From NCBI GenBank assembly GCA_965368975.1, contig CBDUPA010000001.1, positions 384,001 to 448,000 on the forward strand: a stretch of 64,000 nucleotides of DNA. The letters are read 5' to 3'. The position numbers and the translations under genes were made by a program. The stretch comes from an uncultured bacterium. GTDB lineage: Bacteria > Acidobacteriota > Thermoanaerobaculia > Multivoradales > JAHZIX01. The notes beneath the pieces were generated by a model. The model ran no database searches. It worked only from the letters and a program-made list of their open reading frames with translations, and had not been told where the DNA came from. This document shows, one piece after another, positions 10,360 to 20,733 of the stretch; position 1 is the first letter of the stretch, and each line of letters opens with the position of its first letter.

Positions 10360-11409
10360 CTAAGCCGGCGCCTTCTCCTTGGCCTCATTCTTCTCCTTGG
10401 TCGCCGTCTCCCGCGCATTCTGCAAGAAGAAGCTCAGAGTCTGCATGGCTTCCTTGGCGAAGCTCACGTCGATGTTCTGGTCGAGGTACGTGTCCGGCCA
10501 CTTGATGTCTGCCTTCAGCATCTGGAGCATCTCGTAGGTCTTCTTCTTCCCGTCCTCAGAGTCTTCGCTGAGAACGAGATAGGCCAGCATGAAGCGATCG
10601 AAGATCGACTTGACCTTGATCAAGTAGGTCGAGGTATCTACAAAGTGGCGGTACTGCTTCAGGAACCAGGCGCTGAGGAATTCGATGAAGATGAAGAGCA
10701 GGGAGCAGGACGCGATCCCGTAGATGAACTGAGGTGCCAGCTCCCCTCTGATCCAGGCAAGAGTCTGCCAAGCCACGATAGAGATGATGAAGAACCAGAT
10801 TCCGGCCTTGGAGTAGGCCGTCCCCTGTTCCAGCAGAACGGAGGCCTTTCTATCGGCAACTGATGCATTCTCCTCCAGAGTAGTTCGGATTCCGTTGAAG
10901 TAATTGGTAAATGTTCTCACTAGCTCTTGGTCAGAGCGTAGGCCAGATATTTCTCTGACTAGTGCTTCTTGCTTCTCGGTGAAGTCTTCATCGGGCGCTG
11001 ATGCCTTCAGACTCTCGATTTCTCTCCAGAGTCTCTCGATGGCCTCACTGTCTCTCGTGGATCGTTTCTTCTCGTCGATCCTGGAAAATGCTCCTATTTG
11101 CGGAATACCCCCTGATCTTACTATAGATCTTAAAATGATGGGCAGAGATAGGATAACTGCCAAAGCAAAGAATATGAGTGGGCGAGGGTAAACAGGGTCA
11201 GACGGTTCAATTCCTAGGCGCACAACTTCTTGAATGGCAAATAATCCATATGGAATACAAGCGAGCCCAAGTAATGAAAGAACCCGATAAAATGTGTCAC
11301 TAAAATTAGGAAGGCGTAGGGGTCTTTGTCCTCGACTTTCTGAGGTTGGCTCCCACTTCATAGTCTCTGTTTCCGTGTCTGAATCGCTTGACGTGTCTCT
11401 GCTCGCCAT
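10360..11409 (-). CDS. Hypothetical membrane protein (2 TM, coiled coil, 2 TM); lower GC
   Basis: 349-aa ORF with a GGAG RBS; hydrophobic pairs flank a charged helical region. Confidence 0.6.
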   Translation of the reverse strand: MASRDTSSDSDTETETMKWEPTSESRGQRPLRLPNFSDTFYRVLSLLGLACIPYGLFAIQEVVRLGIEPSDPVYPRPLIFFALAVILSLPIILRSIVRSGGIPQIGAFSRIDEKKRSTRDSEAIERLWREIESLKASAPDEDFTEKQEALVREISGLRSDQELVRTFTNYFNGIRTTLEENASVADRKASVLLEQGTAYSKAGIWFFIISIVAWQTLAWIRGELAPQFIYGIASCSLLFIFIEFLSAWFLKQYRHFVDTSTYLIKVKSIFDRFMLAYLVLSEDSEDGKKKTYEMLQMLKADIKWPDTYLDQNIDVSFAKEAMQTLSFFLQNARETATKEKNEAKEKAPA

Positions 11410-11533
11410 TCAGGTGGCTCTCCTGCCGTCAATAGCCAGTTTGGCTGTCGTGTGTCGTGTGCGGCAGCAGTGATGAACAGCTGGTGCCTTCAGTCGTCAT
11501 GCTGCCTTCGGAGAGGCCTTAGCTGTCCATGCT

Positions 11534-11689
11534 CTAGTCCTCGATCTTCAAATACTTCCGTATCGCCAACCGCACAATTTCCGCCCGCGATCTGTCTCTC
11601 TCCTCGGCAGCCTTGTCCAGCGCATCCAGTTCATCGCCGTGAACCTGAACCGAAATTCGGTACATCCGGCCGTATCGCTTGGGCTGCAT
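11534..11689 (-). CDS. Ribbon-helix-helix (CopG/Arc-like) protein, 51 aa; absent from the ORF track
   Basis: Manual translation: MQPKRYGRMYRISVQVHGDELDALDKAAEERDRSRAEIVRLAIRKYLKIED, a canonical RHH pattern. Confidence 0.8.
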   Translation of the reverse strand: MQPKRYGRMYRISVQVHGDELDALDKAAEERDRSRAEIVRLAIRKYLKIED

Positions 11690-11706
11690 TCCTGGCTTGT
11701 CGTCCC

Positions 11707-11865
11707 TCAATCCTCGATCCCAAGATGCTCCCGCACCGCCGCCCGGATCACCGCTGCCTTCGACAACCGACGCTTCCGCGCCGCCTCCTCGACGGCTTCC
11801 GCTTCGTCCGGATGTAGGTAGGTCGTCACCCGGATGACCTTCTGTCCCTCGCTCTTCCTGTCCAT
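11707..11865 (-). CDS. Ribbon-helix-helix (CopG-like) protein, 52 aa
   Basis: MDRKSEGQKVIRVTTYLHPDEAEAVEEAARKRRLSKAAVIRAAVREHLGIED. Confidence 0.8.
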   Translation of the reverse strand: MDRKSEGQKVIRVTTYLHPDEAEAVEEAARKRRLSKAAVIRAAVREHLGIED

Positions 11866-11889
11866 GCCGGCAGTGTACGAAATTGCCGG

Positions 11890-11938
11890 TACCAGCATGG
11901 AGCTAAGCTAGTACCATAGTGGTACCACTCTAATACCA
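11890..11938. promoter_or_regulatory. Candidate RHH operator: helically phased TACCA repeats plus a 12-bp palindrome
   Basis: TACCA at 11890, 11912, 11923 and 11934; AGTGGTACCACT palindrome at 11918-11929, in the divergent intergenic region. Confidence 0.55.
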
Positions 11939-11986
11939 TTCAAGGTGTCGAGCAGGCCACCTTTTGGTCCAATCGAGGAGTGAGCC

Positions 11987-12205
11987 ATGTCTGATCCTAA
12001 CCTCGCGCTACGCGGCGGCGGCCGCCCTGGCGTGCGCCCTCTGTTCACCGCCATGTCACTGGCCGTGCTGGCTGCACAGGCGGCAGAAGAAGCAGCGCGC
12101 GACACCAGCGAAACTCGAGCTACCCGTGAAGGCGCTGGGCGCATTGCTGATCGCATCCAGCAGGATGCCGAACGGCTGGTCAGCCTGGTGCAGCACGCGC
12201 GCTAG
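11987..12205 (+). CDS. Small hypothetical helical protein, 72 aa
   Basis: GAGGAG RBS before ATG; divergent from the RHH pair. Confidence 0.5.
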   Translation: MSDPNLALRGGGRPGVRPLFTAMSLAVLAAQAAEEAARDTSETRATREGAGRIADRIQQDAERLVSLVQHAR

Positions 12206-12602
12206 TTCCTCCCTTCGCCGGTCGGCGCGTCGCCGCCCGGCCCTCATACTCTTCATCTCCGCAATCCTCAAATGGAGGACCGCGCAACGTCGACCGTTCG
12301 GTTTGGGATTTGATGTGGATGGAGGAATCGATGAGATTCCAGTTCGAGCAGTAGGCCTTGGTGCTACGAGCTAGATCGACCGCCACTGCAGTCAGGAGTC
12401 GCGTCCAGGCGGCGAAACACGGGTAGAGACAGGCGAGCCGCCACGAGATCTTGACATCTCGATTGGCACAAAGCCCCCGAGTCGCGTTATCCTGTTGGAT
12501 ACCCGTCGTTCGCGAGGCGGGCTCGGATTTGATTTCGTCTCATCTTGCCCTCGAGGCATCTCAGGAGCAGAGCGCTACCTTGTTGATTAGGAGGACGGCC
12601 CC

Positions 12603-13784
12603 ATGAGCCAGGAGAAGCAGATTCTCATCTTCGACACCACCCTGCGCGACGGTGAGCAATCGCCCGGCGCCAGCCTGACCAGCGATGAGAAGCTACGCAT
12701 CGCGCACCAGCTGGCGGAACTCGGTGTCGACATTCTCGAGGGCGGTTTCCCGGCCGCCAGCGATGACGACGCGGCGGCGGTGGCGCGCATCGCGCGCGAG
12801 GTCGGTGGCCAGGGTGGCCCGATCATCACCGGCCTGGCACGAACCTCGCGCGGGGACATCGAGGTGCTCTGGGAGTCGGTCCGGCACGCACAGCGCTCGC
12901 GCCTGCACTTGTTTGTCGCTACCTCCGATTTGCACCTGGAGCGCAAGCTGCGCATCACCCGCCAGGAGCTGCTCGACCGCATCGGCGACACGGTTTCCTT
13001 TGCCAAGTCGCTGTGCCCGGACGTCGAGTTCACCACCGAAGACGGCAGCCGCGCCGATCCCGAGTTTCTCGCCGAGACGCTGCGCGTGGCCGTGCAGGCC
13101 GGTGCCGTGACGCTCAACATCGCCGATACCTGCGGCTACCTGATGCCGGACGAGTACGGCGGCCTGGTCAAGTACCTGATGGACAACGTGGAGCACGGCG
13201 ACGACGTGACGTGGTCCACGCACACGCACGATGACCTCGGCCTGGCTACTGCCAACACGCTGGCCGGCCTGCGCGTCGGCTGCCGGCAGTGCGAGGTGTG
13301 TATCAACGGCATCGGTGAGCGGGCCGGCAATGCCAGCCTCGAAGAAGTCGTGATGGCGCTGCACACGCGCAAGGACCTGATGGGCCTGACCACCAACATC
13401 GATACCCGCCTCCTGGTGCCGACGTCGCGCCTGGTGAGCGAGCTGACCGGCATGCTGGTGCCGCCGAACAAGGCGATCGTCGGCCGCAACGCCTTCGCGC
13501 ACGAGGCCGGCATCCACCAGGACGGCATGCTCAAGGACAAGCGTACCTACGAGATCATGCGCCCGGAGAGCGTCGGTCTGACCGAGAGCCGCCTGGTACT
13601 GGGCAAGCACAGCGGTCGCGCCGCGCTGCGCCAGCGTCTCGAACACCTCGGCTTCCAACTCGACGACGAGGCCTTGAAGGCGGCCTTCCGGCGCTTCAAG
13701 GAGCTGGCCGATTGCACCAAAGAGGTCACGGACGAGGACCTGCGCCTGATCGGTGAAGAAATCTCGCCCCTGGTCGGAGCCTAG
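12603..13784 (+). CDS. leuA: 2-isopropylmalate synthase, short form lacking the C-terminal regulatory domain
   Basis: [35 protein letters not shown] and LGKHSGR motifs; ends at 393 aa. Confidence 0.93.
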   Translation: MSQEKQILIFDTTLRDGEQSPGASLTSDEKLRIAHQLAELGVDILEGGFPAASDDDAAAVARIAREVGGQGGPIITGLARTSRGDIEVLWESVRHAQRSRLHLFVATSDLHLERKLRITRQELLDRIGDTVSFAKSLCPDVEFTTEDGSRADPEFLAETLRVAVQAGAVTLNIADTCGYLMPDEYGGLVKYLMDNVEHGDDVTWSTHTHDDLGLATANTLAGLRVGCRQCEVCINGIGERAGNASLEEVVMALHTRKDLMGLTTNIDTRLLVPTSRLVSELTGMLVPPNKAIVGRNAFAHEAGIHQDGMLKDKRTYEIMRPESVGLTESRLVLGKHSGRAALRQRLEHLGFQLDDEALKAAFRRFKELADCTKEVTDEDLRLIGEEISPLVGA

Positions 13785-13948
13785 CCTTCGCCCTGGGCGG
13801 TCCCCGCTGAGGTTTCCCGGCAGCTCGACCCTCCCGCACGACAACTCGTACCCGCGGTGATCCAGGTCCACCGATTCTGGTCCCGCGGGATCTTTACATC
13901 AGCAGCCGCTCTCCAGGGCGCTGCGGAGATTTCCCTGAGATTGCATCC

Positions 13949-15397
13949 ATGCCTGACCCACATACCTCGTCCTCCTCTGGACCGCGGACCCTCTTCGACA
14001 AGATCTGGCAGCGCCACGAAGTGGTCGCGCCGAGCGCGCCCGGCGAGCCGTCGGTGCTCTATATCGACCTGCACTTGGTGCACGAAGTCACCTCGCCGCA
14101 GGCGTTCACCGAGCTGGAGCGGCGCGGCCTGAAGGTCCGCTGTCCTGACCGCACTGTCGCTACCATGGACCACTCGACGCCCACCGAAGCCGGCGTCGAC
14201 ATTCCCAAGTTGCGCGTGCTCGACCCTGCCGCCGCCAGCCAGCTGGAGCAGCTCACGCGCAGCTGCGAGGCGCACGACGTGCCGCTGTTCGCCCTCGGCA
14301 ACCGGCGTCAGGGCATCGTCCACGTCATCGGCCCGGAGATGGGCTTGACGCAGCCCGGCCTGACGGTCGTCTGCGGGGACAGCCACACCTCGACGCACGG
14401 CGCCTTCGGTGCGCTCGCCTTCGGCATCGGCACCAGCGAAGTCGGCCACGTCATGGCCACCCAGTGCCTGCTGCAGAAGCGCCCCAAGACCTTCGAAGTG
14501 CGTGTCGACGGCCAGACCGGCCACGGCGTCACCGCCAAGGACATCATCCTCGGCATCATCGCCAAGATCGGCGTCGACGGCGGCACTGGCTACGTGCTCG
14601 AATACAGTGGCGAAGCGATCCGCGCGCTGACCATGGAAGGGCGCATGACCATCTGCAACATGTCGATCGAGGCGGGCGCCCGCGCCGGCATGATCTCGCC
14701 CGACCAGACCACCCTCGACTACCTGCAGGGCCGCCCGTTCGCACCCACCGGTGACGCCTGGACCCCTGCCGCCGAGACCTGGCTGTCGCTGGCCACCGAC
14801 GAAGGTGCCGAGTTCGACCAACGCGTCCAGCTCGATGCCTCGCAGCTGCAGCCGATGATCACCTGGGGCACCCACCCCGGTACCGCCGTCCCCGTCGGTG
14901 GTCGCATTCCGAGCCTCGGCGACGTCGTCCCCGAGCGCCGACCGAGCTTCCAGAAGGCGCTGGCCTACATGGGGTTCGAAGCTGGCGACGAGCTGCAGGG
15001 CCGCAAGATCGATGTCGTCTTCTTGGGCAGCTGCACCAACTCGCGCTTGTCCGACCTGCAGGCCGCCGCCCGCGTGCTCGACGGTCGCAAGGTAGCCGCG
15101 GGCGTGCGCATGTTGGTCGTCCCCGGCTCCCAGCAGGTCAAGGCCGCGGCCGAAGCCGAGGGGCTGGACGAGATCTTCCGCGCCGCGGGCGCCGAGTGGC
15201 GGCAAGCCGGCTGCTCGATGTGCCTGGCGATGAACGGCGACCAGCTGTCCCCTGGTCAGCTCGCCGTCTCGACGTCCAACCGAAACTTCGAGGGGCGTCA
15301 AGGTCCGGGGGGGCGCACCCTGCTGGCCAGTCCGATCACCGCCGCCGCCACCGCCATCGCCGGCCGCATCACCGATCCTCGGGAGATCCTGCAATGA
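13949..15397 (+). CDS. leuC: 3-isopropylmalate dehydratase large subunit
   Basis: [34 protein letters not shown] and [10 protein letters not shown] motifs. Confidence 0.97.
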   Translation: MPDPHTSSSSGPRTLFDKIWQRHEVVAPSAPGEPSVLYIDLHLVHEVTSPQAFTELERRGLKVRCPDRTVATMDHSTPTEAGVDIPKLRVLDPAAASQLEQLTRSCEAHDVPLFALGNRRQGIVHVIGPEMGLTQPGLTVVCGDSHTSTHGAFGALAFGIGTSEVGHVMATQCLLQKRPKTFEVRVDGQTGHGVTAKDIILGIIAKIGVDGGTGYVLEYSGEAIRALTMEGRMTICNMSIEAGARAGMISPDQTTLDYLQGRPFAPTGDAWTPAAETWLSLATDEGAEFDQRVQLDASQLQPMITWGTHPGTAVPVGGRIPSLGDVVPERRPSFQKALAYMGFEAGDELQGRKIDVVFLGSCTNSRLSDLQAAARVLDGRKVAAGVRMLVVPGSQQVKAAAEAEGLDEIFRAAGAEWRQAGCSMCLAMNGDQLSPGQLAVSTSNRNFEGRQGPGGRTLLASPITAAATAIAGRITDPREILQ

Positions 15398-16047
15398 GTT
15401 CTGCAACCCGTGCTCCGAAGTTCACCACCCTGGAAGCGCGCATGGCGCCGCTGGCGCTGGAGAATATCGACACCGACCAGATCATCCCCGCCGCCTACCT
15501 CAAGACCACCTCGCGCGAGGGGCTGGGAGAAGGCCTGTTCGCCAGCTGGCGCGGCAAGAAGGTGGATGGAGAGACCTTCGTGCTCGACGACAGTCGCTTC
15601 GACGGCGCCGAGATCCTGGTCGCGGGCGACAACTTCGGCTGCGGCAGCTCGCGCGAGCATGCCCCCTGGGCGCTGCTCGACTTTGGCTTCCGCGCCGTCA
15701 TCTCGACCCGCTTCGCCGACATCTTCCGCTCCAACTCACTGAAGAACGGTCTGCTGACCATCACCGTGCCGGTCGATGTGCACCAGCGTCTGATGGCCAC
15801 CGCCGAAGAGAACCCCGCGGCCACCGCCAAGCTCGATCTCGAGCGGCAGGTGCTCACCACGCCCTGGGGTGACGAGATCGACTTCCAGGTCGACCCCTTC
15901 GCGCGCCGCTGCCTGCTCGAGGGTATCGACGCCCTCGGCTTCCTGCAGGCCAGCATGCCGCAGATCGAAGCCTACGAGGCCGCGAACCCGGCGCCCTTCG
16001 ACACGCGCAAGCCGCGCTTCACCGAAGCCACGGGAGCCTCGGCATGA
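15394..16047 (+). CDS. leuD: 3-isopropylmalate dehydratase small subunit
   Basis: NIDTDQIIP and [15 protein letters not shown] motifs; ATGA overlap with leuC. Confidence 0.96.
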   Translation: MSSATRAPKFTTLEARMAPLALENIDTDQIIPAAYLKTTSREGLGEGLFASWRGKKVDGETFVLDDSRFDGAEILVAGDNFGCGSSREHAPWALLDFGFRAVISTRFADIFRSNSLKNGLLTITVPVDVHQRLMATAEENPAATAKLDLERQVLTTPWGDEIDFQVDPFARRCLLEGIDALGFLQASMPQIEAYEAANPAPFDTRKPRFTEATGASA

Positions 16048-17126
16048 AGGCGACGATCGCGCTGCTGCCCGGCGACGGCATCGGCCCCGAGGTCACCGGT
16101 GCCGCCCGCCGCGTGCTCGACAGCGTCGCGGCCGTCGGGGGGCACGACTTCCACTTCGAGACGTCGGTGATCGGCGGGCAGGCCATCGACGAGACCGGCT
16201 CGCCACTGCCGGAGGGTACCCTCGCCGCCTGCGAACGCGCCGACGCCCTCCTGCTCGGCGCCGTTGGCGGTCCCAAGTGGTCCGACCCGAGTGCCAAGGT
16301 GCGTCCCGAGCAGGGGCTGCTGAAGCTGCGCAGCCACTTCGGCCTGTTCGCCAACCTGCGTCCGGTCAAGGTCTTTTCCGGCCTGCGCGAGACGGCACCT
16401 TTGCGTCCCGAGTTGCTCGAAGGCGTCGACATGCTGATCGTGCGCGAACTCACTGGCGGTCTCTACTTCGGCCCGCGCGTCGAAGCCGGCGACGACGCTG
16501 ACCAGCCCGATGCTTCCTGGGACACCTTGGTCTACCGCGAAGCCGAGATCGAGCGTGTCGCCCGCGTCGCTTTCGAAGCGGCGCAGAAGCGTCGCCAGGC
16601 TGGAGGAAGGGGGCGCTTGGCTTCGATCGACAAGGCCAACGTCCTGGCCTCCATGCGCCTATGGCGTCGCGTCGTCACCCGCGTCGCCGCCGACTATCCC
16701 GACGTCGAGGTCGAACACTTGTATGTCGACGCCATGGCCATGTACCTGGTCAAGCGTCCGGCCGACTTCGACGTCGTGCTTGCGGGCAATCTCTTCGGCG
16801 ACATTCTGTCCGACGAAGCCTCGGTGCTCGCCGGCTCGCTCGGCATGCTGCCGTCCGCTTCGTTGTCGGAGGGGACGCGTGGGCTCTACGAACCGGTGCA
16901 CGGTTCGGCGCCGGACATTGCCGGCCAGGGGAAAGCCAATCCGATCGGGGCGATTCTCTCTGCTGCCATGCTGCTGCGCTACAGTCTCGGTTTGGAGAAA
17001 GAAGCCGACGCCGTCGAGGCTGCGGTCGAAGCCGCACTGAATGCCGGGCTGCGGACTCCCGACCTGGGGAGTGGCGAGAGCGTGGGGACGGAAGCTATGA
17101 CGCAGGCGATTCTCGATCGCCTGTGA
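16044..17126 (+). CDS. leuB: 3-isopropylmalate dehydrogenase
   Basis: GDGIGPEV, RELTGGLYFG, NLFGDILSDEA and EPVHGSAPDIAG motifs. Confidence 0.97.
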   Translation: MKATIALLPGDGIGPEVTGAARRVLDSVAAVGGHDFHFETSVIGGQAIDETGSPLPEGTLAACERADALLLGAVGGPKWSDPSAKVRPEQGLLKLRSHFGLFANLRPVKVFSGLRETAPLRPELLEGVDMLIVRELTGGLYFGPRVEAGDDADQPDASWDTLVYREAEIERVARVAFEAAQKRRQAGGRGRLASIDKANVLASMRLWRRVVTRVAADYPDVEVEHLYVDAMAMYLVKRPADFDVVLAGNLFGDILSDEASVLAGSLGMLPSASLSEGTRGLYEPVHGSAPDIAGQGKANPIGAILSAAMLLRYSLGLEKEADAVEAAVEAALNAGLRTPDLGSGESVGTEAMTQAILDRL

Positions 17127-17166
17127 GCGTGCTCCCTACGACCGTGCTTCCTGTGAGAGGGGGGCT

Positions 17167-18051
17167 TCAGTCTGAAGCCGTGAAGCGGCGCGTCTCGCCT
17201 GGCGTTCGGGCCATCCAGCCCTCCGGATAGACTTCCTGGGAGGCTGCGATCACGCCGTCCAGGTCACCGTGGGGCTCGAAGTAGGTGTCCGGTGCGCCGG
17301 AGCTGGGGAAGTGCATGCCGATGATCTGCACGGGGCCGAGGTCTTCCAGCTTCCAGCCGTAGCTGTTGTAGGTGATGTACCAGTAAGGGGCCATCACCAC
17401 ATCGATCCCCGCATCTGCCAGCTGTAGAGGTCGAACCTCGTCGCCGGTGATGACGGTATCGCCCATGTGCAGCACCTGGATGCCGCCGATGTCGATCACG
17501 AGGCCCAGGTTCTGAGCGGGTGCGCGTCCGTGATGTAGCCGCAGTACCGTCACGCGAATGCCCGCGTGTTCGACGAGTTCGCGCTCGCTCTCGGCGGGCC
17601 AGAAGCCGGTCACCCGCTCGCCAGGGGCGCCTGCCTCGCGCACGAGTTCGGCGGCTTGCAGGGTCGAGACGAAGCGCGCCCCGGGGTTGGCGTCGAGATG
17701 GCGGGCGACGGCTTCGGCGTTGAAGTGGTCGGGATGCAGGTGGCTGGCCAGAACCAGGTCTACATCGGCGAAGCGGCCTTCCGCGGCTTCGAGCGGGCGC
17801 CGCAATTCGATCGGTACGGCCGGGTAGCCGCTCAGGCCGTCGCCGTACAGGCCATCGATCACGACCTTCTGCGTGTCGCCTTCCGGGGTCTTGCCGGTCA
17901 GTAGGAAGCCTTCGTTCCCGAGGTGCAGGATCTCGACTCCTGCGCGAGTTGGCTCGCGAGTAGTTGGCTCAGGAGGCTGGCTGGCCAGCAGGTTGGCTGG
18001 GAGCAAGAAGAGACACAGGCCAAGGAGGGTGTGCAGTTGGCTGGCGTTCAT
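17167..18051 (-). CDS. Secreted MBL-fold metallo-hydrolase
   Basis: SHLHPDH and HMGDT motifs; signal peptide from MNASQLH. Confidence 0.85.
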   Translation of the reverse strand: MNASQLHTLLGLCLFLLPANLLASQPPEPTTREPTRAGVEILHLGNEGFLLTGKTPEGDTQKVVIDGLYGDGLSGYPAVPIELRRPLEAAEGRFADVDLVLASHLHPDHFNAEAVARHLDANPGARFVSTLQAAELVREAGAPGERVTGFWPAESERELVEHAGIRVTVLRLHHGRAPAQNLGLVIDIGGIQVLHMGDTVITGDEVRPLQLADAGIDVVMAPYWYITYNSYGWKLEDLGPVQIIGMHFPSSGAPDTYFEPHGDLDGVIAASQEVYPEGWMARTPGETRRFTASD

Positions 18052-18070
18052 ACGGTGATGTACGCAGAAA

Positions 18071-18787
18071 TCAACGCGGCGTTGCATCCTCGGTGGGTAG
18101 CGCGGTGCTCGACGGCTGTGCTGTTGGCTGTGGCGTAGGCTGGCCGCTCGTCTCGTCGAAGGCGTGCTCTGGATCGAACTGGAACGAACCGAGCACGCTG
18201 CGTCGTTGGCTCTGGTAGAGGGCCCATTCGCTCTGGCGAACGTAGAACATGACCTGCACCAGCGCCTGCCGACCGAAGAAGCCGTGGACTTCGCCGCGCA
18301 CTCGGCCGAGGTTGCCGGCGCTGAGCCGCAGGATCCAGCTGAAGCTTCGACCTTCACGGTCGAGCTTCGGGCGCGTCAGCGCGACGTTGCCCGAGCTTGT
18401 CTTCTTGTCGCCATCGGCGGCTCCCGAGATGGCGTCGAGGACGGACTGGAACTCGTCTTCCCGGATCTGCCGGTCGAGACCCGCGCTCGAGTAGGGCAGC
18501 ACCTGCACGGTGACGTAGGGGTAGACGAACCAGGTCCCCGGCTGTGTGCTTTGGAAGGCGGCATCAATCGTGACCGGGGAACCCTTCAAGCCGGCGTTGG
18601 CGCTGGAATCCTCGATGATGTTGGCCGGGATACGGGTCCAGCCGTCAGGGATCTCGACGCTGTAGCCGTGAGCCTCACTGTGGAAGGTCTCGGCCGCGGC
18701 AGTGGGGCCAGGAAGGAGCACGAGGCAGGCCGTGGCCAGGAGCTGGCCGGCGACCGAAGGAAGGCGAAGAGCGAAGGTGGAAGGCAT
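18071..18787 (-). CDS. Secreted hypothetical protein (PsbP/DcrB-like fold possible)
   Basis: Signal peptide, GYSVEIPDGW start motif, and C-terminal ...VLGSFQF. Confidence 0.6.
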   Translation of the reverse strand: MPSTFALRLPSVAGQLLATACLVLLPGPTAAAETFHSEAHGYSVEIPDGWTRIPANIIEDSSANAGLKGSPVTIDAAFQSTQPGTWFVYPYVTVQVLPYSSAGLDRQIREDEFQSVLDAISGAADGDKKTSSGNVALTRPKLDREGRSFSWILRLSAGNLGRVRGEVHGFFGRQALVQVMFYVRQSEWALYQSQRRSVLGSFQFDPEHAFDETSGQPTPQPTAQPSSTALPTEDATPR

Positions 18788-18798
18788 GAAGGGTCCTC

Positions 18799-19254
18799 TC
18801 ACAGAGTAGGGTCCGCGGGTGCGAGTGTCTCGATCCAAGTCCAGCCGAAGCGTCCCGACTGACCCCACAGCCACTGGCCGACGGCGATCAGGCCCAGGCC
18901 ACCGGCGATCCACAGCAGGTAGGCGAGTGGCAGGAAGTAGAGGCCGGCCGCGCGGACTGCCGGAATCAGGTGCAGGACGGTGCACAGGAGGGCGCTGGCG
19001 AAGAGGACGTGGAAGGTGAAGCGCTGGCCGCGTGCCCACAGGCCCTCTTGGACCTTGTCTGGGACCGGACGCGGCACGGGGCCGATCAGCTCGGGCTCGA
19101 AGCCGTAGTCCGGCGGTGGCGCGAAGGGCGGCAGGTCGAAGCTGCCGTCGTTACCTTCTGGGGCCACGGCTTCGGCACGGGGCCCAGCTTCAGCAGAAGG
19201 CACAGTTTCAGCAGAAGGCACAGTCCCACCCGGGATGGGGGCACGCTTGTCCAT
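18799..19254 (-). CDS. Hypothetical membrane protein, possibly truncated
   Basis: 151-aa ORF with two TM segments and an N-terminal 18-bp tandem repeat (TVPSAE x2). Confidence 0.5.
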   Translation of the reverse strand: MDKRAPIPGGTVPSAETVPSAEAGPRAEAVAPEGNDGSFDLPPFAPPPDYGFEPELIGPVPRPVPDKVQEGLWARGQRFTFHVLFASALLCTVLHLIPAVRAAGLYFLPLAYLLWIAGGLGLIAVGQWLWGQSGRFGWTWIETLAPADPTL

Positions 19255-19320
19255 GATCAGAGCCCTCGTTTGCAGATTCGTGATGTGGCCCTGATCTTAC
19301 CGCAGATACCGCAAACGGCG

Positions 19321-19384
19321 GACGACCCCGCCCGCTGCCGCCAGCGAGGTGTTGCCTCTGCTGAGGCGTCGGGACGGGATCGTC
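19321..19384 (-). terminator. Long imperfect hairpin downstream of the M35 protease gene
   Basis: gacgaccccgcccg...cgggacgggatcgtc with inner cagcgagg/cctctgctg arms. Confidence 0.45.
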
Positions 19385-19407
19385 AGTAGTGAATGTGACC
19401 GCTTGCG

Positions 19408-20514
19408 TCAGGGTAGCGACGGCTTGTTTTCGGCGAAGTACTCGTGACTGTCCGCGTTGCGGGTCGCCGAGCTCGGGCTGCTGTCGGCCAAGGCACGGCA
19501 GCTGTTCTGGCCGTAGGTGACATCGTCGGTACCGGCGACGGCGTTGAAGTGGCTCATCTCGTGCACCAGCGTACCGGACTTCGAGTCCGTGCCGTTGGTC
19601 GGTGCCGACCAGAAGGCGTTGCACAGGTAGATGGTGTAGGCCTGCCCCGCATAGACATAGGCATACGCGTTCAGGTTGCAGCCGCAGTCGAACTCGATGG
19701 CGGCGTTGTTCATCGCGTCGCTGATCGATTGGAAGTTGCTCTCGACGGTGTTCCAGCGGCTGGAGCTGTAGACGCCGAACCACTCGGTATACCGCTGGCT
19801 GTTCGCGTTGTGCGGACCGTTCAGGTAGGCATAGCTCTCGTCCGAGATGATGCGCGCGGCGTCGAGCGCGCTGCCGATCTTGTTGGCCTGCTGGTTGCTG
19901 CAGTTCACCGTCGTGAAGCTACCGCCACCGGTGCTACCGCCACCGTTACCGCCACCAGCGCCGGCTGGCTTCTTGCGACCCCAGAGCTGCGGCGCGGCCT
20001 GCTGGCGAATCGGAGCCTCGATGCCGTCGATCCAGAAGGTGATCTCGTTCGACGCCAGGTCGATCAGCTGCGCGCGGTGTGCTTTGTTGGGCGTGTGCTC
20101 CAGGTCTTCGCCGCGGAAGCGCACGCTGTATTCGCCGGTGTATTGCATGTCGTAGTAAGCCGACAGCTCGACCACGGTCGACAATGACTGGCCCGGCGAC
20201 AGCACGAGGTAATCGGAAGCTGCTGGTGCGGCGCGCTTGAAGATGCGGCCGAGGTAGGGCACGCGCTCGCCGTTGCGTACGACGTCGAAGTAGTTGCCCT
20301 CGACCCCGTCGAACGGCAGATTCCACTTCAGCAGGTGCAGCGCGCGGTCGCTGGTGTTGGTGAGGTTGAACGTCACTTCGACGTTCTGGGTGCTCTTGAG
20401 GACTGGCTCCGCCATCGAGATTTCGGTGTCGATGGGGCCCCGAGCAAAAACGGGAACGGTGATCAGCGCCACCAGGGCGCACAGGACGAGACTACGTACG
20501 AACGTACGGTTCAT
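19408..20514 (-). CDS. M35 family (aspzincin, peptidyl-Lys-type) metalloendopeptidase with propeptide
   Basis: HEMSH, GTDDVTYG and NADS motifs; signal peptide. Confidence 0.93.
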   Translation of the reverse strand: MNRTFVRSLVLCALVALITVPVFARGPIDTEISMAEPVLKSTQNVEVTFNLTNTSDRALHLLKWNLPFDGVEGNYFDVVRNGERVPYLGRIFKRAAPAASDYLVLSPGQSLSTVVELSAYYDMQYTGEYSVRFRGEDLEHTPNKAHRAQLIDLASNEITFWIDGIEAPIRQQAAPQLWGRKKPAGAGGGNGGGSTGGGSFTTVNCSNQQANKIGSALDAARIISDESYAYLNGPHNANSQRYTEWFGVYSSSRWNTVESNFQSISDAMNNAAIEFDCGCNLNAYAYVYAGQAYTIYLCNAFWSAPTNGTDSKSGTLVHEMSHFNAVAGTDDVTYGQNSCRALADSSPSSATRNADSHEYFAENKPSLP

Positions 20515-20581
20515 GGGGTTCCTCCTCTTCAGGAAACCTGTGGACTCGGTTGGAAGTCAGGACATGGGAAAGTGTGTGCTG

Positions 20582-20611
20582 AGAGTAGTCAGATCTATCC
20601 CAGCTTGTCAA
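20582..20611 (-). promoter_or_regulatory. Possible sigma70 promoter for the M35 gene
   Basis: Minus strand reads TTGACA-N18-TACTCT. Confidence 0.4.
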
Positions 20612-20733
20612 TCACGGGGCTCACGTGCCTGGCGGTACCGAACTATTCCGCCCCGAAGCGTCTCGGCAGGGCCGCTGGGCGGGTCCATGGGGAATCACCA
20701 TTTCTTGGGTATCATGTCGACAAAGGAGATCCC

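Noticed and set aside
12390-12602. Possible leucine attenuator or sigma70 promoter upstream of leuA (TTGACA at 12451)
   Set aside because: No Leu-rich leader ORF, and no -10 box at a suitable spacing from TTGACA.
20335-20733. N-terminal extensions of track ORFs (also at 15196, 18357, 19039, 26832 and 39939)
   Set aside because: Downstream ATGs have an RBS and/or a signal peptide and avoid overlaps.
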